Source of the DNA: Macrostomum hystrix
Lineage: Eukaryota; Animalia; Platyhelminthes
Direction: 5' to 3'
Length of the DNA: 64,000 bases
Assembly (NCBI GenBank): GCA_950097015.1
Contig: CATNEN010000035.1
Location: 1 to 64,000, forward strand
A program made the position numbers and the translations under genes. The notes under the pieces are model-generated. The model was not told the origin of the DNA. It did no database searches and worked only from the letters and a program-made list of their open reading frames with translations. Positions 26,787 to 39,138 of this stretch are shown piece after piece (position 1 is the first letter of the stretch; each line of letters begins with the position of its first letter).

Positions 26787-27085
26787 GGTTGCAGCCTTGT
26801 GGTTAGAGCGTCTGACTCACGACTTGAAGGTCGGGGGTTTGATTCGCGACTCCACTGGAACAATTTGTGTACTTTAGCCAGACACTTCACTCTGCATTTG
26901 CTTCAGTTCAACTAGCTGTTAAATTGGTACCAGATCAGCTGGGGTAATTCAGGTTGGGTATGGCATTGTCCCAGTCCATGGACTGAACAGCCGTACGCAG
27001 CCTTCAGATGCGCCGCGCAATATCTGCGGCTATGCTGTCGGCTGCACATCTGGCCCAGTTGGACCAGGTGTAATCAATTATTCTT
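26787..27085 (+). mobile_element. tRNA-derived (Val-like loop CTCACGA) CORE-like SINE
   Basis: A-box-like TGTGGTTAGAGC and B-box GGTTTGATTC; CORE-like TTTGTGTACTTTAGCCAGACACTTCACTCTGCATTTGCTTCAGTT; collinear with 58639-58915. Confidence 0.75.
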
Positions 27086-27734
27086 TGAACTCGTATTAGA
27101 CTAGACCGAGAGATATTGACAAAGTGTCATTTAAGATGCGGCTCAAAATACGGATGCACTTTAAGAGCTACGATCAGGATAGCTGTCACAGCAGATTCAG
27201 TCAAAGGGTATAGGCTCGGAATACGTTTAACCATTGATTAGATCGATGCACAGGTATGCATTCGTGTGTAAGAAGAATCCTCATACTGGCCTAGTCTAAT
27301 CATAGCGACAGAGCATAGCCCACAGACAATGGACCACAAAAATCCCAATTGATCAGTTAGATGCGTTCAGACAGGGGAGATTGTTCAAATAGGTTTTTAA
27401 AGGCGGGAATAAAAAAATTTCCTAGCAACTTTTTGATTCGAATTACCGAGTCCATTAACCAGTGGGAGGCCACTGATGTGGGATCAGTTTTAATTTGACA
27501 CCTGACACTCGCATGGGATTAAAATGCTGCGGACACTGCTCATCCTGAACTGCGAGTTCCTGCACGTGTACTTATTATTAGCCTCACCGGCATAATTGCA
27601 CTCCGCTTTAAACATTCTGAATCTAAATTTCTCTCTCACGGTCACATTGCCGATGAAATCAGAATCATGCTTAACAGGCTAAACTCGTCAATAATCATTG
27701 AATTTTTTATAAGAGGTGCTGCAGATAGATCAAA

Positions 27735-29940
27735 GGATCTGGGAGGCTGGCAGCTCAAACTGGAAATCTGTGATCTGGGAGGCTGGCAGCTCAAACTGGA
27801 AATCTGTGATCTGGGAGGCTGGCAGCTCAAACTGGAAATCTGTGATCTGGGAGGCTGGCAACTCAAACTGAGGGTCTTGGAGGCTGGCAGATCAAACTGA
27901 AGATCTAGGATCTGGGAGGCTGGCAGCTCAAACTGAAGATCTAGGATCTGGGAGGCTGGCAGATCAAACTGAAGATCTAGGATCTGGGAGGCTGGCAGCT
28001 CAAACTGAGGATCTGGGAGGCTGGCAGCTCAAACTGAGGATCTGGAGGCTGGCAGCTCAAACTGAGGATCTTAGATGTGGGATGCCGGCAGCTCAAACTG
28101 AGGATCTGGAGGCTGGCAGCTCAAACTGAGGATCTTGGATGTGGGATGCCGGCAGCTCAAACTGAGGATCTGGGAGGCTGGCAGCTCAAACTGAGGATCT
28201 TGGATGTGGGATGCCGGCAGCTCAAACTGAGGATCTTGGATGTGGGATGCCGGCAGCTCAAACTGAGGATCTTGGATGTGGGATGCCGGCAGCTCAAACT
28301 GAGGATCTTGGATCTGGGATGCCGGCAGCTCAAACTGAGGATCTTGGATGTGGGATGCCGGCAGCTCAAACTGAGGATCTTGGATGTGGGAGGCTGGCAG
28401 CTCAAACTGAGGATCTTGGATCTGGGATGCCGGCAGCTCAAACTGAGGATCTGGGAGGCTGGCAGCTCAAACTGAGGATCTTGGATGTGGGATGCCGGCA
28501 GCTCAAACTGAGGATCTTGGATGTGGGATGCCGGCAGCTCAAACTGAGGATCTTGGATGTGGGATGCCGGCAGCTCAAACTGAGGATCTTGGATGTGGGA
28601 TGCTGGCAGCTCAAACTGAGGATCTGGGATGCCGGCAGCTCAAACTGAGGATCTTGGATGTGGGATGCCGGCAGCTCAAACTGAGGATCTTGGATGTGGG
28701 ATGCCGGCAGCTCAAACTGAGGATCTTGGATCTGGGAGGCTGGCAGCTCAAACTGGAAATCTGTGATCTGGGAGGCTGGCAGCTCAAACTGGAAATCTGT
28801 GATCTGGGAGGCTGGCAGCTCAAACTGGAAATCTGTGATCTGGGAGGCTGGCAACTCAAACTGAGGGTCTTGGAGGCTGGCAGATCAAACTGAAGATCTA
28901 GGATCTGGGAGGCTGGCAGCTCAAACTGAAGATCTAGGATCTGGGAGGCTGGCAGATCAAACTGAAGATCTAGGATCTGGGAGGCTGGCAGCTCAAACTG
29001 AGGATCTGGGAGGCTGGCAGCTCAAACTGAGGATCTGGAGGCTGGCAGCTCAAACTGAGGATCTTAGATGTGGGATGCCGGCAGCTCAAACTGAGGATCT
29101 GGAGGCTGGCAGCTCAAACTGAGGATCTTGGATGTGGGATGCCGGCAGCTCAAACTGAGGATCTGGGAGGCTGGCAGCTCAAACTGAGGATCTTGGATCT
29201 GGGATGCCGGCAGCTCAAACTGAGGATCTGGGAGGCTGGCAGCTCAAACTGAGGATCTTGGATGTGGGATGCCGGCAGCTCAAACTGAGGATCTTGGATG
29301 TGGGATGCCGGCAGCTCAAACTGAGGATCTTGGATGTGGGATGCCGGCAGCTCAAACTGAGGATCTTGGATGTGGGATGCTGGCAGCTCAAACTGAGGAT
29401 CTGGGATGCCGGCAGCTCAAACTGAGGATCTTGGATGTGGGATGCCGGCAGCTCAAACTGAGGATCTTGGATGTGGGATGCCGGCAGCTCAAACTGAGGA
29501 TCTTGGATCTGGGAGGCTGGCAGCTCAAACTGAGGATCTTGGATCTGGGATGCCGGCAGCTCAAACTGAGGATCTTGGATCTGGGATGCCGGCAGCTCAA
29601 ACTGAGGATCTGGGAGGCTGGCAGCTCAAACTGAGGATCTTGGATGTGGGATGCCGGCAGCTCAAACTGAGGATCTTGGATGTGGGATGCCGGCAGCTCA
29701 AACTGAGGATCTTGGATGTGGGATGCCGGCAGCTCAAACTGAGGATCTTGGATGTGGGATGCCGGCAGCTCAAACTGAAGATCTGGAGGCTGGCAGCTCA
29801 AACTGAAGATCTGGAGGCTGGCAGCTCAAACTGAAGATCTGGAGGCTGGCAGCTCAAACTGAGGATCTTGGATGTGGGATGCCGGCAGCTCAAACTGAGG
29901 ATCTGGGAGGCTGGCAGCTCAAACTGAGGGTCTGGGATGC
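27735..29940 (-). repeat. Minisatellite family A, inverted, 28/29/36-bp variants with a 993-bp higher-order duplication
   Basis: 27735-28205 is repeated at 28728-29198. Confidence 0.95.
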
Positions 29941-30817
29941 TAGAAACGTAATTTAACCCACAATAGAATAGGCCAGAAAAACAAGCGGGTATAAGCTCAC
30001 AAGTAGTTAAATAGTAGTTTAAAGCTAAATTTCTATAGTTAATTATTGTAAGATAGGTTTACTGGCTTAACTATACTGTTAAATAAGTATGTGCCAAGAA
30101 GTCTTTGTTAGATATTTCACATCTTTATAAAACTTCCCTGACCAGTAAAAAGGGGGCATCCAGCAAGAATAGATATGAGATTTGGTGACTGCTATTGATA
30201 GTCTGTACGAGACAACACCGATAAAGAATTCATAGCTGACCAAGCGGGTTGCGTCTAGTTTTGTTACTGTAAGTAGTGCACAGAGAACATAGCCATCTAA
30301 AATATGCAATTTTAAGTCGTACAAAAGAGGTCTAAAAAGGAAACGATGAAACGGACATGTAGAAAACTGATTTGATCAATAGTTAGCATGAAAGCTGGAT
30401 GTAGGCATAATTTGCATTTGAATATTTAAAATTGGACGAAAAGCCGAACAATTTTCAATGTTGCAGTAAAATGCCATCTCTTGCCGACACCGTCAGCATA
30501 ATATGGAAATTCAAAGAAATGAAACCTAGGACTGCAAATCGGGCTTCTGCTAAAGATGCTCAGAAATTGTACAAAAGTCTCAGTGTCAGAGTACTTTGAG
30601 TCAGCGGATGAGTCTAGAACACGAGAAAGAGCAATTATCAATAATAGACAATGCATTAGTAAAAAGTTACTTCATAATAATAAAGTACAAGTAGTTGATA
30701 TTGTCATACATGGCCTGTAAGTAACCGTAAACACACTCTCTGTCCTATTCAATTTAATCCAATTCTGCTTCCGTGCGATAAATTAATGAAGATTTGATGC
30801 AGGATCATAATTATGGG

Positions 30818-31115
30818 ATCTAGTGTGGGATCAGAAGTGCGGGATCTGGTGTGGGATCAGAAGTGTGGGATCTAGTGTGGGATCAGAAGTGTGGGATCTA
30901 GTGTGGGATCAGAAATGTGGGATCTAGTGTGGCACCAGAAATGTGGGATCTAGTGTGGCACCAGAAATGTGGGATCTAGTGTGGCACCAGAAATGTGGGA
31001 TCTAGTGTGGCACCAGAAATGTGGGATCTAGTGTGGCACCAGAAATGTGGGATCTAGTGTGGCATCTGAACTGTGGGATCTGAACTACGGGATCTAGTGT
31101 GGCTTTAGAATTTTG
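30818..31115. repeat. Minisatellite, 26-bp unit (GGGATCTAGTGTGGCACCAGAAATGT)
   Basis: Tandem units immediately 3' of the TIPE stop codon. Confidence 0.9.
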
Positions 31116-31210
31116 GGATCTCGTGAGGGGTCAGGAGAGAATTCGTATCGGACCAAGCGTGGGATTGGGATCTAATGAAATCTCATGAAATCGTTCGAGA
31201 TGGCCTGCAG

Positions 31211-31767
31211 CTAGATGACACCCCTATCAAGCAGGTCCTGAATGTCATCGCAGACGCTGTCCATCTGAGCCGCCAGCGGGGAGGCCCTGTCGAAGAGCGC
31301 ATTCATGAAGGCCGGCTCAGTGAAGAAGGCGGCGCAGGCTCGAACTCCGGCCTGCGACTTCTCGCTGAGGTGCCGGCGAATGAGGCGCAGGACGAGCTGC
31401 TCGCAGTCGCGGAATTGGCGCACCAGAGCGGCCTGATCGAGGGCCACGCGGCGCTTCTGCATGCGGACCAAGTCGCTGGTCAGGTCGTTGAACTTGTCGT
31501 GAAACTCATCCGCCATGGCGCGCTCCTCCTCGCTGAAGATGTCATTGAGGTAGAGCACGCCGATCTTCATGTTCAGCTTGATGATCTGCTTTAGTAGCTT
31601 CTGCGCGGCCTGTCTGGAACCGGTGTGCATCTTCACCAGCTTGTAGATCTTGTCGAACACCCGGGCGGAGGCGGCGTCAATGAAGATCTTTACCGACTTC
31701 TTTGTTGCTAACTTGCTGACAATCTTCTTCTGGGCGCGCAGGCTGAACGACTGCGCGCTGAAGGCGC

Positions 31768-31798
<31 letters not shown>

Positions 31799-34700
31799 GC
31801 CGCTGCTTCCGCCGCCGGCACCTTCGTCGCCTCCCCCGGCTGTCGCACCAGGATCAGACTCACCTATTGATTTTCCAGGAGGATTGGATGAATTGGGTGT
31901 GGGATCTATTTTGTGTGTGGGATCTATTTTGTGCGTGGGATCTATTTTGTGTGGGATCTATTTAGTGTGTGGGATCTATTTAGTGTGTGGGATCTATTTT
32001 TGTGGGATCTATTTAGTGTGTGGGATGTATTTTGTGTGTGAGATCTATTTTGTGTGTGGGATGTATTTTGTGTGTGAGATCTATTTTGTGTGTGGGATCT
32101 ATTTTGTGTGGGATCTGTTTTGTGTGGGATCTATTTTTTGTGTGGGATGTATTTTATGTGTGGGATCTATTTTGTGTGTGGGATCTATTTTGTGTGTGGG
32201 ATGTATTTTATGTGTGGGATCTATTTTGTGTGTGGGATCTATTTTGTGCGTGGGATCTATTTTGTGTGGGATCTATTTAGTGTGTTGGATCTATTTAGTG
32301 TGTGGGATCTATTTTTGTGGGATCTATTTAGTGTGTGGGATGTATTTTGTGTGTGAGATCTATTTTGTGTGTGGGATGTATTTTGTGTGTGGGATGTATT
32401 TTGTGTGTGGGATCTATTTTGTGTGGGATCTATTTTGTGCGTGGGATCTATTTTGTGCGTGGGATCTATTTTGTGTGGGATCTATTTAGTGTGTGGGATC
32501 TATTTTGTGCGTGGGATGTATTTTGTGCGTGGGATCTATTTTGTGTGTGGGATGTATTTTGTGTGTGAGATCTATTTTGTGTGTGGGATGTATTTTGTGT
32601 GTGGGATGTGTTTTGTGTGTGAGATCTATTTTGTGTGTGAGATCTATTTTGTGTGTGGGATCTATTTTGTTTGGGATCTGTTTTGTGAGGGATCTATTTT
32701 TTGTGTGGGATGTATTTTATGTGTGGGATCTATTTTGTGTGTGGGATCTATTTTGTGCGTGGGATCTATTTTGTGTGGGATCTATTTAGTGTGTGGGATC
32801 TATTTAGTGTGTGGGATCTATTTTTGTGGGATCTATTTAGTGTGTGGGATGTATTTTGTGTGTGAGATCTATTTTGTGTGTGGGATCTATTTTGTGTGTG
32901 GGATGTATTTTATGTGTGGGATCTATTTTGTGTGTGGGATCTATTTTGTGCGTGGGATCTATTTTGTGTGGGATCTATTTAGTGTGTGGGATCTATTTAG
33001 TGTGTGGGATCTATTTTTGTGGGATCTATTTAGTGTGTGGGATGTATTTTGTGTGTGAGATCTATTTTGTGTGTGAGATCTATTTTGTGTGTGGGATCTA
33101 TTTTGTGTGGGATCTGTTTTGTGTGGGATCTATTTTTTGTGTGGGATGTATTTTATGTGTGGGATCTATTTTGTGTGTGGGATCTATTTTGTGTGTGGGA
33201 TCTATTTTGTGTGTGGGGATCTATTTTGTGCGTGGGATCTATTTTGTGTGGGATCTATTTAGTGTGTGGGATCTATTTAGTGTGTGGGATCTATTTTTGT
33301 GGGATCTATTTAGTGTGTGGGATGTATTTTGTGTGTGAGATCTATTTTGTGTGTGGGATGTATTTGTGTGTGAGATCTATTTTGTGTGTGGGATCTATTT
33401 TGTGTGGGATCTGTTTTGTGTGGGATCTATTTTTTGTGTGGGATGTATTTTATGTGTGGGATCTATTTTGTGTGTGGGATCTATTTTGTGTGTGGGATGT
33501 ATTTTATGTGTGGGATCTATTTTGTGTGTGGGATCTATTTTGTGCGTGGGATCTATTTTGTGTGGGATCTATTTAGTGTGTGGGATCTATTTAGTGTGTG
33601 GGATCTATTTTTGTGGGATCTATTTAGTGTGTGGGATGTATTTTATGTGTGGGATCTATTTTGTGTGTGGGATCTATTTTGTGTGTGGGATGTATTTTAT
33701 GTGTGGGATCTATTTTGTGTGGGATCTATTAGTGTGTGGGATCTATTTAGTGTGTGGGATCTATTTTTGTGGGATCTATTTAGTGTGTGGGATGTATTTT
33801 GTGTGTGGGATGTATTTTGTGTGTGGGATGTATTTTGTGCGTGGGATCTATTTTGTGCGTAGGATCTATTTTGTGTGGGATCTATTTTGTGCGTAGGATC
33901 TATTTTGTGTGGGATCTATTTAGTGTGTGGGATCTATTTTGTGCGTGGGATGTATTTTGTGCGTGGGATCTATTTAGTGTGTGGGATGTATTTTGTGTGT
34001 GAGATCTATTTTGTGTGTGGGATGTATTTTGTGTGTGGGATATATTTAATGTGTGGGATGTATTTTGTGTGTGAGATCTATTTTGTGTGTGGGATGTATT
34101 TTGTGCGTGGGATCTATTTTGTGTGGGATCTATTTAGTGTGTGGGATCTATTTAGTGTGTGGGATCTATTTTTGTGGGATCTATTTAGTGTGTGGGATGT
34201 ATTTTGTGTGTGGGATGTATTTTGTGTGTGGGATGTATTTTGTGTGTGGGATCTATTTTGTGTGTGGGATCTATTTTGTGCGTGGGATCTATTTTGTGTG
34301 GGATCTATTTAGTGTGTGGGATCTATTTAGTGTGTGGGATCTATTTTTGTGGGATCTATTTTGTGCGTGGGATGTATTTTGTGCGTGGGATCTATTTTGT
34401 GTGTGGGATGTATTTTGTGTGTGGGATGTATTTTGTGTGGGATCTATTTAGTGTGTTGGATCTATTTAGTGTGTGGGATCTATTTTTGTGGGATCTATTT
34501 AGTGTGTGGGATCTATTTAGTGTGTGGGATCTATTTTTGTGGGATCTATTTAGTGTGTGGGATGTATTTTGTGCGTGGGATCTATTTTGTGTGGGATGTA
34601 TTTAGTGTGTGGGATGTATTTTGTGTGTGAGATCTATTTTGTGTGTGGGATGTATTTTGTGTGTGAGATCTATTTTTTGTGTGGGATGTATTTTATGTGT

Positions 34701-35285
34701 GGGAAGTATTTTGTGTGTGGGATGTATTTTGTGTGTGGGATCTATTTTGTGTGTGGGATCTATTTTGTGTGTGGGATCTATTTTGTGTGTGGGATCTATT
34801 TTGTGTGTGGGATCTATTTTGTGTGTGGGATCTATTTTGTGTGTGGGATGTATTTTGTGCGTGGGATCTATTTTGTGTGTGGGATGTATTTTGTGTGTGG
34901 GATCTATTTTGTGTGGGATCTATTTAGTGTGTGGGATCTATTTAGTGTGTGGGATGTATTTTGTGTGTGAGATCTATTTTGTGTGTGGGATGTATTTTGT
35001 GTGTGAGATCTATTTTTTGTGTGGGATGTATTTTATGTGTGGGAAGTATTTTGTGTGTGGGATGTATTTTGTGTGTGGGATCTATTTTGTGTGTGGGATC
35101 TATTTTGTGTGTGGGATCTATTTTGTGTGTGGGATCTATTTTGTGTGTGGGATCTATTTTGTGTGTGGGATCTATTTTGTGTGTGGGATGTATTTTGTGT
35201 GTGGGATCTATTTTGTGTGGGGATCTATTTTGTGTGTGGCTCTTAGTTTACCGGCTCTTCTAGATCTGAACTGCCCCATCAACAT
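31211..35285 (-). CDS. TNFAIP8: TNFAIP8/TIPE family protein, about 228 aa. Main exon 31863-31211; candidate first coding exon 35285-35252 (MLMGQFRSRRA)
   Basis: FSAQSFSLRAQKKIVSKLATKK, FDKIYKLVK, KQIIKLNMKIGVLYLNDIFS and LIRRHLSEKSQAGV match the TIPE helical domain. The ORF extends upstream of the track start through a poly-Gly tract to acceptor CAATAG (31864). The phase-1 donor GCCG|GTAAAC at 35252 fits. The main exon is secure; the first exon is inferred. Confidence 0.88.
31897..35240. repeat. 3.3-kb minisatellite of 16-18-bp units (GTGGGATCTATTTTGTGT and variants) filling the TIPE intron
   Basis: Direct tandem units with internal higher-order blocks, e.g. the GGGAAGTATT variant at 34701 and 35041 (340-bp period). 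Confidence 0.97.
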
Positions 35286-36249
35286 CTCCGTATTCCTTGC
35301 GCATCAGCTGCTCAATTCCTCTTTAGCTGCTACCGCACAGCGATTGAGTCAGCCAAGGCTACTCAACCCGCTACTCCAAAAGCTCGTCTCGCAAAAGAGA
35401 CTGTCTCAGGTTTGGTTCTAGAAGTTCGACGTCAAAAGCTTGCTGAGGTTAGATGGGATTAAAAGTTCCTCTATTCCCCGTTTACCGAGAGAGAGAGCTT
35501 CTGAGATGATCCGCAGAAGAATAGGGATTAGATGAAGGCATCTCGCGTGGGAATTCGCGCAAGGTCATGCTGGATTAGTGTATGATTGTACTTTTATTTC
35601 TCTGGAGTGGGAAATCCGCTGCAGCTGATGAGGAACGAAAAACTTCACTGCACTCTAGTCTGAAGTGCTGTCAATGACTAAATGAGGAGAGTAAGTCAAG
35701 GTTGCAAATCGATGACTGAATCGATGCCACCACACTGGTACACGCAGGGTAGTGCTCACCTGACTGACTGTCCGACATGCGATTCAGTGGCTTCTGTTGG
35801 CCAGCTTTGGATGGCAAAGCCTTTGACAAGCGGCTTTGGGTTCGCAGTGTGCTGGGGCAGAGAACTTTCTGAGTCTGGGCCTTCTGAAGCCTCCCTTCTC
35901 CTGCATTCTCTTGTGCGTCTCCAGCGGGAATTCTTATCCCCCCTGGATGTCTTGCCTTCCCCCACAACTCTCTCCCCCAGTCTGCTCCGCACTCGCTGTC
36001 GACTTCCTGCTCCAATCCGCCTTCCCCAGAGCGGCCATTCTCCCCACCGTTGGCAATCGAGAGTACAATTGTTACTCCCTGCCTGTGGAGCGGCCAGCCC
36101 AGTCATGAACCAACGGAGCTCAGATGAATCGGTGGGTTGGGGCTGAAAGGACAGACCTGAAATATTTTTGTCAGGTAGCTTCAGCTCGGACTACTGTAGA
36201 CTAGCTAACTCAGTAACGGAACCCCCATGTACCAATCATTAACGCTACT

Positions 36250-37755
36250 TTAAGAACCAGTAACGGAACTGCACATTAACGCTACTCTGAGAATCAGTGA
36301 CGGAACTGCACATTAACGCTACTCTGAGAACCAGTAACGGAACTGCATATTAACGCTACTCTGAGAATCAGAAACGGAACTGCACATTAACGCTACTCTG
36401 AGAACCAGTAACGGAACTGCACATTAACGCTACTCTGAGAATCAGTAACCGAACTGCACATTAACGCTACTCTGAGAATCAGTGACGGAACTGCACGTTA
36501 ACGCTACTCTGAGAATCAGTGACGGAACTGCACATTAGCGCTACTCTGAGAATCAGAAACGGAACTGCACATTAACGCTACTCTGAGAATCAGTGACGGA
36601 ACTGCACATTAGCGCTACTCTGAGAATCAGAAACGGAACTGCACATTAACGCTACTCTGAGAATCAGTGACGGAACTGCACATTAGCGCTACTCTGAGAA
36701 TCAGAAACGGAACTGCACATTAACGCTACTCTGAGAATCAGTGACGGAACTGCACATTAGCGCTACTCTGAGAATCAGAAACGGAACTGCACATTAACGC
36801 TACTCTGAGAATCAGTGACGGAACTGCACATTAGCGCTACTCTGAGAATCAGAAACGGAACTGCACATTAACGCTACTCTGAGAATCAGTGACGGAACTG
36901 CACATTAGCGCTACTCTGAGAATCAGTGACGGAACTGCACATTAACGCTACTCTGAGAATCAGTAACGGAACTGCACATTAACGCTACTCTGAGAATCAG
37001 TAACGGAACTGCACATTAACGCTACTCTGAGAATCAGAAACGGAACTGCACATTAACGCTACTCTGAGAATCAGTAACGGAACTGCACATTAACGCTACT
37101 CTGAGAATCAGAAACGGAACTGCACATTAGCGCTACTCTGAGAATCAGTAACCGAACTGCACATTAACGCTACTCTGAGAATCAGTAACGGAACTGCACA
37201 TTAACGCTACTCTGAGAATCAGTAACGGAACTGCACATTAACGCTACTCTGAGAATCAGTAACGGAACTGCACATTAACGCTACTCTGAGAATCAGTAAC
37301 GGAACTGCACATTAACGCTACTCTGAGAATCAGTAACGGAACTGCACATTAACGCTACTCTGAGAATCAGAAACGGAACTGCACATTAGCGCTACTCTGA
37401 GAATCAGTAACCGAACTGCACATTAACGCTACTCTGAGAATCAGTAACGGAACTGCACATTAACGCTACTCTGAGAATCAGTAACGGAACTGCACATTAA
37501 CGCTACTCTGAGAATCAGAAACGGAACTGCACATTAGCGCTACTCTGAGAATCAGTAACCGAACTGCACATTAACGCTACTCTGAGAATCAGTAACGGAA
37601 CTGCACATTAACGCTACTCTGAGAATCAGTAACGGAACTGCACATTAACGCTACTCTGAGAATCAGTAACGGAACTGCACATTAACGCTACTCTGAGAAT
37701 CAGTAACGGAACAGCATATTAACGCTACTCTCAGTATCAGTGACGGAACTAGCTA
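36250..37755. repeat. Tandem repeat, 37-bp unit (CAGTAACGGAACTGCACATTAACGCTACTCTGAGAAT), about 40 copies
   Basis: Period 37 (e.g. 37146 to 37183); no spacers. Confidence 0.97.
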
Positions 37756-38394
37756 TAATGTCTCATGTAAGAATCCAAAATGCGGGACTAATGGCCATTA
37801 AGCAGTGAAGTCGAATGGGGGTAAACTATAGTCAGTGTGATGAGATTCCTCATTTGCAAAGCCTATTACCACAGACACTGAGCAGCAGCATTTGCTCAAA
37901 CAGACTGTACATAGCACTTATAGTTTCATGCAAGGCTTTAAAGGGCCCGGGGGCGCAACAGTTAATAATGCATGAGTAGTGTCGCCCTAGATAAGATGAA
38001 GCACAGTTGTGATGAAATGCAGCCGAATCGCATGAGCGACGCCGGGAAATTACATTTTTTTCTCTAAGCCGCAGCTCTGAATGGCATTTGCTGATGGGGC
38101 GAGAAAATGCAATAAAAGCAGACAGTAACACACACATCACAACGTCCCGCATGTCTCGAGTGAGGCAGGCCCGGAGGCAAATGAGAAGGCGACAGGAGAT
38201 CTACAGTGACGGCATAAGCCAGAGTCCGGTTCGATGAGATTGCCGCAGGCCGGCAGAGGTAATGCAGGATGTAGTATGAAGGTTACGAGACAGCAAAAAC
38301 ACAAAGGACATCGGCAACAGACTGGGATAAAAAAGTGCATTTCTGCAACTGTGGGTAATGAACAATTAGTAGATTCCTTGGCATTGGTTATTCC

Positions 38395-38570
38395 CTTGTC
38401 ACTCGCTCTGAATTCTTGTCACTCGCTCTGAAATCTTGCCACTCGCTTTGAAATCTTGTTACTCGCTCTGAAATCTTGCCACTCGCTCTGAAATCTTGTC
38501 ACTTGCTCTAATATCGTGTCACTCGCTCTGAAATCTTGTCACTCGCTCTGAAATCTTGTCACTCACTTTA
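38395..38570. repeat. Minisatellite, 20-bp unit (GTCACTCGCTCTGAAATCTT)
   Basis: About 9 tandem units. Confidence 0.9.
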
Positions 38571-39138
38571 AAATCCATTCGCTCGCTTTATGTTGTATTT
38601 TCATTTCGTTTTTTTCATCCCACAGTCCTCCCTCAGTGCTGTCTTCCCTTTCCTGCAGTATGCACAGCGGATAAGACACAAATGCTAGACTATCTGCTTG
38701 AACTTACCAGCAAAATGCACTTATAGCGGGATTCACTAAAGTGTAGAGAGAACTTTATAATCACAAAATGACTCTTCACATAAAACATTGCTGTACAGTA
38801 GTGAAACAGACGCTGTGCTGTACATGAAGTACGAACACCGTCCCAACAACGCGGAGAAGGCTTTCAGTGATTAGAAGGCATAGCCCCACTGACCAATCCA
38901 ACCAGGTGACTCCATACAGCTGTACCGTCCACTTTTGCTTCCTTTGCAAAAAATCTATGAAGGTAGGATTGAGGATGGGACGACACAAGAAGCATCAAGC
39001 CTTCTTTAACACAAAAATAGCGGTTAGAGGAAACTTCAAGTTCGGGGATAGCTAGCGTAACTATAGGACCTTTGTAAGTTAAGACAGATAAGCCTTTTTG
39101 CACATTCAGCTCCTGACACCGCGAAGGAGACGACAGAA

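Noticed and set aside
31650-35421. Cys/Gly/Trp-rich ORFs (CVGSIL, CGIYFV repeats) as metallothionein- or keratin-like proteins
   Set aside because: They are translations of the 16-18-bp intronic array on the strand opposite TIPE and are open in all frames.
36250-37755. 37-bp repeats as a CRISPR array
   Set aside because: Units are head-to-tail with no unique spacers, there are no cas genes, and the context is eukaryotic.
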